From Sphagnum compactum (taxonomy: Eukaryota): a stretch of 64,000 nucleotides of DNA. The stretch's first letter is position 1; every line of letters begins with the position of its first letter. The notes under the pieces are model-generated. The model ran no database searches. It was not told the origin of the DNA and saw only the letters and a program-made list of their open reading frames with translations. Both the position numbers and the translations under genes were made by a program. Shown in pieces: positions 55,749 through 64,000 of this stretch. The stretch spans positions 12,772,001 through 12,836,000 of the forward strand of contig OZ234494.1 in assembly GCA_965153455.1 (NCBI GenBank). Reading direction: 5' to 3'.

Positions 55749-57605
55749 GAGGAGAGGCGCCCGCACGTAGTTCACAAAAACCAACGACACACTATAGACC
55801 GCACGAAGACCAGTGAGCGCCAAGAAAGCCAAGGGAAGCGCAGCAGCAGGAAGACGGCGCATTTACTACACACTTACTAATCAGCCATAATTAGTCAAGT
55901 ACCCACTAATCTCGTTAATTAGATAAAGGCATAACTTACCAGACGAAATAGAAACTCTTAATCAAATCACTCAACTGGTGACTTAATCATGATTAGTGAC
56001 TACCTACCTCACTAGTTTAACTCAGGGTACGTATCAAGACAAGAAGTTGTCCACAGCGACCTACCTATGTCGCTCCTTACATTCTCATTTTTTCCGACCT
56101 TCCAACCACCAGCAGGGTAGGTACTTATATTTATCCATTCCTAGCTACCTGCCGACCAATAGGGTGCTTTTTTTCTTACTTATTCCTACATACCTCCCCC
56201 AATAGGGTCAGGATACCTAACTAGCCGAAAATCAGCGCATCAGGTCCTAGGGTATTTACCCATTAAATATCGGGCAGTGGTATCCAAACAAATTTAGAGT
56301 CTGCCCGGATTAAAGAGGGTAAATATGTGCGGAATAATCGCGGTGAAAGTAATCGCCGCCAGCGCCCCTGTCCACCTCCTTCACCAGTCCGGTTCACCAT
56401 GAATGAATTACCTAAACCCTACCTAATACAAAAGCAAAACTCCTTTTGGCTTTACTGAGTACTTCTAATTATCTGTAATTACTTCTAATTTCAATATATC
56501 TCCAATTTCTTTAAAATAATTTACTCAATTTTACAAAAAAAATAGATTTGATTTTAGTTATATGATATTAATCTGTCTCAAACCCAAATTACTAAACATT
56601 AGTCTCTATAGCACTATGGCCCTAATAATCCATTTTTTCTTATGAAAAAAGTGTGAGCCTAAAGGGCTTTAATGTGGAAGGAGAGATACATATGTATTTG
56701 TCATGTAGGTGAGGTGGCAATCATCCATAGGCTGATTTTTAAAATTATATAAATATATGTATATAAACATATTGACATTTTTTGGCTACCTACTTGTTGA
56801 AATCCGGTGATTTTCAAAGATTTTTTTGGAATTTTGGACCTTTTTTTTTCGGAAGATTAGTAAACAAACAAAAACTTTCAAACTACATGTATCACAAAAT
56901 TTCGCAGGCAAAAAAAAGGTTGATATGTATATATGATATGAGTCTTTGATTCCACTTTGTAGGGAGGAATATATTATATGTGGTAATTGGTGTTAAAGAA
57001 TGTTCAGAAGTGTTAGGAGCATAATAACTTAACAAGAAATCTTCAAAAAAATTCAATTAAAAGGATAATGTTAGTTAGCAATCCATAAAAGGGTTTTTAA
57101 ACTCAATGTTAACATTGTGTACTGATGTTCCCTAATAGATAAATATCATATGTAGTCACCTATCCATCCATTCACTTATCTATCATTTTTCAATACAATA
57201 AAAAAAACAATGTGCACAAAAAACTTACCATCATCACAAGTGCAAATGATCATTTGAAAATGTTAGGGTTTAACATGACCTAATTATTAATAAGAGTTGT
57301 AACAAGGAATAATGGTGTAAAAAATTAATTTACTATTATAATTTATGATAAGTAAGTTTAAGCTCCAAATAGCTAGATTTTTAAGAAAAATGTAGATTGG
57401 TGTTAGGGGACTTAACATTAGAGTCATTAACACCAAGTATGATTGGAGCTTAAGAGTTTGATTTGCTGAATGGAAGTTAGAAATTATAACATCCTAGTCA
57501 TTAGGTGAGTGGGTGTGTACTCACACCATTCAATTTCTATAACTTGTACATGTAAAATTTGTGGCACTATGGCAGCTCATTGCTTATTGATGGTGACAAA
57601 TGGTG

Positions 57606-58356
57606 CAGACCTTCTACCACTAAAAAAATTTTGGCACTAAAACGTCACTAATTACACTAAGTGGTGACCCGAGGAATGAAAATCCGAGGAAGAAAAAAAA
57701 TAGTTAACTTAGAGGTTGTCACAACCTGAGGATGAAAAAAAATAGTTAACTTAGAGGTTGTCACAACCCGAGGATGAAAAAAAATAGTTAACTTAGAGGT
57801 TGTCACAACCCGAGGATGAAAAAAAAAAGTTAACTTAGGAGTTGTCACAACCCGAGGATGAAAAAAAAATAGTTAACTTAGTTAACTACTGTAGTGGAAA
57901 AAGTCTGAAGAATTTCTGCTGGCAACCCTTGCAAACCTTCTACCATTAAAAATTTTTGGCACTAAAACGCCACTAACTACACTAAGTGGTAACCCGAGGA
58001 ATGAAAATCCGAGGAAGAAAAAAAATAGTTAACTTAGAGGTTGTCACAACCCGAGGATGAAAAAAAATAGTTAACTTAGAGGTTGTCACAACCCGAGGAT
58101 GAAAAAAAATAGTTAACTTAGAGGTTGTCACAACCCGAGGATGAAAAAAATAGTTAACTTAGAGGTTGTCACAACCCGAGGATGAAAAAAAATAGTTAAC
58201 TTAGAGGTTGTCACAACCCGAGGATGAAAAAAAAAAGTTAACTTAAAGGTTGTCACAACCCGAGGATGAAAAAAAATAGTTAACTTAGCGATTGTCACAA
58301 CCCGAATATGAAAAAAAATAGTTAAAGTAGTTAACTTTGTAGTGGTAGAAGGTCTG
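57606..58356. mobile_element. Compound non-autonomous hAT-type element (MITE dimer) filled with 42-bp tandem repeats
   Basis: Perfect 17-bp TIR CAGACCTTCTACCACTA / TAGTGGTAGAAGGTCTG. Perfect 8-bp TSD AAATGGTG at 57598-57605 and 58357-58364. Internal 42-bp unit GTTGTCACAACCCGAGGATGAAAAAAAATAGTTAACTTAGAG occurs 4 + 7 times. Confidence 0.93.
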
Positions 58357-58549
58357 AAATGGTGTGCATGCAAACTAAACACTATATGATTGCTCCTAGT
58401 CCAAGGTCTGCTTTAATTTGAGTGTAAAGGCCTGAAAATAGGGGGAGGCAAGTGGGAAATGGGACTTTCATTTAAATGGTGGAAGGTCTCCTTGTATGAT
58501 CTACATACATCTTAAAACATTACGAATACCTAAAAGGATAAAAACTCAA

Positions 58550-58949
58550 AAGAAATTTCATGCAACCAATGGGAGGGCTCAGCATGCACTCAAAGTGCCT
58601 TGATTCTTTTTTCTTTTAAGTTTTGGGTTGGGGAGGGTGGCGGCAGATTCTTTTTCCTTTTTTCCTTTGTTCCCAATGGGTTTTCAATATGTTCCCTAGG
58701 TTCTCAATGTGTTCCCCAAGGGTGTTCCCAATAGCACCTCACTTTAATCCCATATGTTTTGCCCAAAGTCCTCCCCTTCTCACCTATATAGGTGGGCCAA
58801 AGGGGGAGGCACTTCATCTTCTCATAGAATCTTCTATTGTGGGGAGCCTCCATAGTTTCAACTTCTTTTGCCATGGGCCAATCAAATTGGCTTATCGCCC
58901 AAAAATAAATTTTTTTAAAAATTTGGACTTGTGAAGCACCCCCAACTAA
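58550..58949. repeat. Dispersed 'TGTTCCC/AATAGCACCTC' repeat family, split by the Helitron
   Basis: A paralogous copy lies at ~59640-60090, with reverse-complement relatives at ~12630-12930 and ~9430-9570. Confidence 0.7.
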
Positions 58950-59559
58950 TCTAATATATTAATTCAGTAAGTCTCTGTGTCTGTGACGGAGGTTTTGGGG
59001 GGTGGGGGAGGGATGTCACCCGGTGAAGCAGCGGGTGACAGGGACAGAGGTTTTGGGGGGTGGGTGGAGGGAAGGGGGGGGGGGGAGAGGAAGGGGATTT
59101 TTTGGCCAGTTGTGTTTGGTGTGGAGAGTGGATTGTCCACTGTTCAATTTCCACTTGGATAGTAGATAGTCCTTTCCATGCATGCTTTGTCAAATGTTGT
59201 CCTCCTTTCACCCCATTAAAGCCGAATGACGGGATAGATGAAATGTCCATCCGGTAATAGACGGATGACGGGATGCATGAAATGTTCGTTCGGCTTAATT
59301 AGACGGATGACGGGATGGATGAAATGTCCATCCGGTAATAGACGGATGATGAGATGCATGAAATGTCCGTCCGGTTTAAATGGATGAAATGTTTGGAATC
59401 CATTCAGCACGGAGGGGGGGGGCCAGCACGGGGCGGGAAGTTAATTATATATAACAGGGGAACGGGGGGGGTCGACAGGGTAAAGAACCGGAGTGGGCAA
59501 TGGGAAGGACCATGCGGGGGGGAGCTCGACGGGTGCATTATGCACCAGGTACACACTAG
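58950..59559 (+). mobile_element. Non-autonomous Helitron (610 bp)
   Basis: 5' end TCTAATATATTAA follows an A. 3' end has the hairpin GGTGCATTATGCACC (59532-59546), then CTAG (59556-59559) followed by T. No TSD, as expected for an A|T insertion. Internal ~40-bp GGATGAC/ATGAAATGTCC repeats. Confidence 0.85.
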
Positions 59560-59639
59560 TTAAAATGAAACAGAATAAGTAGGGTGTTCTTTGCAAGGGG
59601 TATTACCTCAGGCCAAAAATGGTGACGAACTCTTTTGGT

Positions 59640-60090
59640 AATAGAAATTTCATTTGGCCAATAGGAAGGCCCAAGCATGCATTCAAGGTGCCTTGCTTTT
59701 TTTCCTTTTAAGTTTGTTTGGGGGCGGGGGGGGGGGGGAGAAGATTTTTTATCATTTTTCCCTAGTTACCAATGTTCCCACTATGTTCCCGTTAAGTTCC
59801 CATCAGGTTCTCAATATGTCCCCTAGTTCCCAATGTGTTCCCCAACATGTTCTTCATAGCACCTCCCTTTTATCCCATATGCTTTGCCAAATGTTGTCCT
59901 CCTTTCACTTATTTAGCTGGGCCAAAGGGGGGGAACTCTACACTTCAAGATAAAACCTTTTATATTTGGGAGCCACAATGGTTCCTTATTTTCCCCCTTT
60001 AAAAGTGATGGGCCAATCAAATTGGATCATTGCAAAAATAAATATATAGAACTTGGGAGGCATCTCATCTAATTAATAGGAGAGGTCAAT
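59640..60090. repeat. Second copy of the 'TGTTCCC/AATAGCACCTC' dispersed repeat
   Basis: Collinear with 58550-58949 (CATGCATTCAAGGTGCCTTG, ATAGCACCTC, GGGCCAAAGGGGG, GGGCCAATCAAATTGG). Confidence 0.75.
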
Positions 60091-63000
60091 ATGAATACTC
60101 AATACAAGAACTAAGCTGGTATGTTTGAAACTAGATAATTTATTGTGCAATTTGTGGAGTTCCTTAGTGGGGACAATTCCAAAACTTTGGATAAAAACCC
60201 AATACTTGAAATCAAAAATTAGCCTACCGATATATTCGGGTAGGTTCTACAATAAATAATTATGAGTAAATAAATTTTATAATTTTGAGATATTCTCAAG
60301 GAACCAGCACCCCCTTGGTACCCTGCCAAAATCTCAATTTTCATTTAAATATTTTTTAAAATATTATAAATATCCAATGGTTCAACTAAATCAAGGGCAC
60401 TAAATTGAAAATCTATCATTTTTTGGGCTTAATATCACCATTAAAAGGCCTTTGTAAAAAAGGTGGAAATACCATCATGGATGCTAGGTCACCTTGGGAA
60501 AATGTCAAATGTTATAAAATGAAAATAAATGATTGTTGAACGATTTTGGGGTGTTAGTTTAGTTGATAAATTAGGTCCCAATTAATTAAGGATGAATTAC
60601 ATTGCTTAGTTGTTTAGGTTTTTGTTTTGAACCAATTTAAATTTGAACAAAGTTTAAGATATTTTGTGAATGGGATATTAACTTAATTTGTGTGATCTCA
60701 AATCACCAAAAATGATTTGAGATTCTAGAAAATATGTTTATCATTATTATAGTTTTTTTATGTTATGTAAGTTTTTTTATAAATTTTCTTGGATTTTGTT
60801 TTGTGTTTTTTGGGCTCAATTTCTTGCATTGAAGGTGAATCATACTTTGAATCATCATGTGAGTTCTTAAATTTCGTGCAACCTTAAAATTTTAATTGTT
60901 TGCACAAAGTTTCTTGCAACAAGTGTTGTGGAATAAGTTTTATTTTCAATGTCATGTGATGTGAATTTGTTTTAGTTTTGTCGATTGGTTTAGTTTTGTG
61001 TTGTTTTACAACTAGGTTAGTTGGTTTTATTTGGTTTTTTGTTTTGTGTTTTGTGTTTTACACGAGGATTAACTTGATTGCGAGTTTTAAACAAATGTTG
61101 TGTGCCATGTTGGTTATGTTTTTGTTTGTGAAATTGCAATTGGTAGGAATTGTATTTAGAGGATGCTTCTTGGTTTGTCTTTTGAGCTAAAGAAGTTGCT
61201 CTAAGACTTTTGTGATTTTGTATATGTTTTGGGTTAAAACTCCTTGAGGAGTTGAACCTCAGTCAGGGCTTGGACACAAAAATTTGTTATGTGAAGGAAC
61301 GGACCAGAAAAAAAAAAAAAAAAACCATCAAGGAAGAAGCTTAACTTCTATTATGAAAGGCCTTTTCTTTCGTCCTTCCTTTCTATTTTTTTGTTTCTCC
61401 TCCTTTCTTGTTCTTTTTCCTTCTCCTTGTTGAGGCTAGCTCCATGTGTTTAACATCAAAACAACTCTAATTGCAACAAAAGGAGCAAAGGAAGGGGTTC
61501 ATCATAAGGAATTGCCGATGGGAATAATTGAATTTCATTGTCATCACCATCATGCATTAAAAAATTCTACATTTTCTCCAAACCTCAAAAGTTTGGTTCA
61601 TTTTGGAGGTTTAGTGTACTGAGCTTGGGATAAAGAAATTTGGAGGTTTAGAGTGTACTAAGCTTGGGATAAAGAAATTTAAGGGGTCCAATTTGAACCT
61701 TTCATTTTGTTTTATTTTCCAAACTAAAAGGTCTGGTTCATCTTATCTATAGGTGAACAATGATTTGGTGATAGGTGAATTTTTTGGGACAAGTTGGTGT
61801 TTATGATTAGACATGTCATCACATCATTTCATATTTGAAGTGAAATGATTGTGACTAATTGTTTTTGAAAAGATGAAAATTGAAAAAAAGAATCACAATG
61901 TGAATGACATCATGTGATGTGAAATGTTTTGCGAATGACATCATACAACATGATGGGTGTCCTCACATGACGTGATGGATGACATCATCAAGGGTAATAA
62001 TTTTGTGTTAAATTGGGGATTTGTTGGAAAATTCATCATGGTCACATATCGTCTCTGTTTGGTGTGATTTTTGTGCCATATGGTTTCTACAAAAAAGGCT
62101 ACGCATGTGCAATTTTTCAGAAGTTTTGGAGAAAAAATTGGAAGCCAAAGGGTAATATTCCATTTTGAATTAATTTCCATTTATATGTTGAAAATTCATA
62201 TATCACTCATACAAAGGTGAAATCATGGGTTGTTTGTGCTAATGAGTTATTGGGGAGGAGCATTTTGAATGTGGGAGATTCTAGGCCATTTGGAGACAAA
62301 AAAATTGAACATTTGTGGAAAGGTGGTGTGTGATGTCGATTTTGTGAGCTTTTTAGTATTAATTTCTTGTATTGATAAGCATCCAATCTTGTCACCAACA
62401 TGTGGTGGAAGGTTGTGCCATGCCATCAACAAATGGAAAGACTTTTGAATTCTTGTCATAATTCTTGTGCACGAATCACAAAATTGCTAATTCATGTTGT
62501 ATGATTTGTGCATATCCACTTGTGATTATTGGGTGTGCATGTTCTTATCATTGTGTTAGTTGGGCCATTAGTTCATTTTCAGGGGTCAAGGGGTTTTATA
62601 AGTTGTGTGCCATTGGCCAACTATTTAAGGAACAAACATAAGCTCCTAGGTTGATCTTTTAGGAACTTGTGCATACTACATGGTGGGAAACCCAAGATGA
62701 AAGGTTATGCGCCTTCTCACATGTGCCTTTATTACCATAATGAACATTGGGGTTGTAGTTGGTGTGGTTAATGGTCAGGCATGAAATAAGGTTATTACTT
62801 AAGTTTGACCATTGTGTAGGTCTTGTTTGACCTTTGTTTTGTTTAAACATAGTCACTAGGGTTGAATTGGGGTAGGTTGTATGGAATTGGTGTTGTTATG
62901 AATGTTTTAGATTTGATTAATGATCATCCCATGTTCTATTTGTAATGGTGAAATTGGGTTGATGGCTGATAAACCAGTTTTATTGTGTTCACAACATGCC

Positions 63001-64000
63001 CACGTTTTATTGGCCTTATGAAATGTTTTTGTGGATGTAAGTGCCATAGCCATATAGGTGCAACATCCTTATTATGTTTGTATTATGGGAATCATGGTTT
63101 AAAGGGTAAGTTAAACCACAACAATTTCAACACTTTTTTAGTTTAATGTAATTTGTTACAAGTTCAACAAACTTTGGTTATTTACAAAGGCTTTGGGTGG
63201 GACACACAAGTTAAAGTTCACCATGGAAGGGGCATGTGATATTAGTATAGGGTACATGCTTACTATCACCATGGTTTTTTAGGTGTGGGGTGTGGTTCAA
63301 ACAACTAAAACCACCTTCATCATCATCTAAGGAAAAGTCCTTAGATTTTGAAACAAGTTCCCTTGTGGGAATTGTCACTTAGCCATCGTTGTGATACATG
63401 GAATCCATATATGGAACCACTAAGGGACCCCACCAATATTCCAGGGTGATTGGCACCGTCGAATTAAATGATTTCATCCAACAACTTAAAACAATTGGTG
63501 TGATATGTAACAAATGTGAAATCTCCAACTATTTACACTTTTCATAGCATGGAAAGGTTTATTCCAACATTCGAAAATGCATATTAATGATTATCATGAA
63601 TTTAAATGTGCCCATGAAGTTCAAATTAAGGAGTGGTGTTTGTATTAATCACCTAACTATGTGTTTATTACTAAAATATTTATTTCCACCTTAGGTGTGA
63701 CTACAATAGTCATAAATAGCAGTGTGGCAAATGGCAACATGACTACTGTGTGAGCACATCAGCGTGAGCAGTGAGTTGAACTTTTGTGAGTAACACAAAT
63801 ATTTTTTTAAATTATTTTTGCCACGTCAACTAAATATTCTCCACATAAATAAGAATATTCCATCCATGTGGACAAAATATTATACTAACATGGCAATAAT
63901 AGTCCTTTAATGATACGAAATAGTCATCCAAGTAGACAAAATATGTTATTGGTGACAAGGATGTCATACATAACGTTTGTTGTAGTTATCTGCAATAGAA

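Noticed and set aside
56405-56430. Telomerase RNA template-like CTAAACCCTA
   Set aside because: I found no snRNA-type USE/TATA promoter or other conserved telomerase RNA elements nearby, and the short motif is common.
57700-58340. CRISPR-like regular array
   Set aside because: The units are contiguous with no unique spacers, there are no cas genes, the context is eukaryotic, and the array is bounded by TIRs and a TSD.

Overview
Eukaryotic nuclear DNA from a land plant. The spliceosomal gene structures and repeat landscape look bryophyte-like, possibly Sphagnum (inference only). I assembled six intron-containing genes by hand, all on the minus strand: a 4CL-like acyl-CoA ligase running off the left edge, an 18-exon RETINOBLASTOMA-RELATED gene, an FHA-domain protein, a C-terminal J-domain protein, a DUF2993-like protein and a DExH8-type RNA helicase. 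One plus-strand DHFR-TS pseudogene is also present. Mobile DNA includes a 3.9-kb degenerate hAT element with TIRs and an 8-bp TSD, a compound hAT-type MITE with an 8-bp TSD, and a 610-bp non-autonomous Helitron. Top lead 1: the helicase carries, after two CCCH fingers, an apparently intact DUF2431/Bmt5-like SAM-dependent RNA methyltransferase domain. Top lead 2: a ~250-nt hairpin-rich repeat occurs about 9 times in introns and 3' regions, always in the same orientation as the host gene, and one stem pair varies GC/GU/AU. Also notable are paired E2F sites upstream of RBR, with a possible divergent spliced non-coding transcript. Exon boundaries were read by eye, and no database searches were run.
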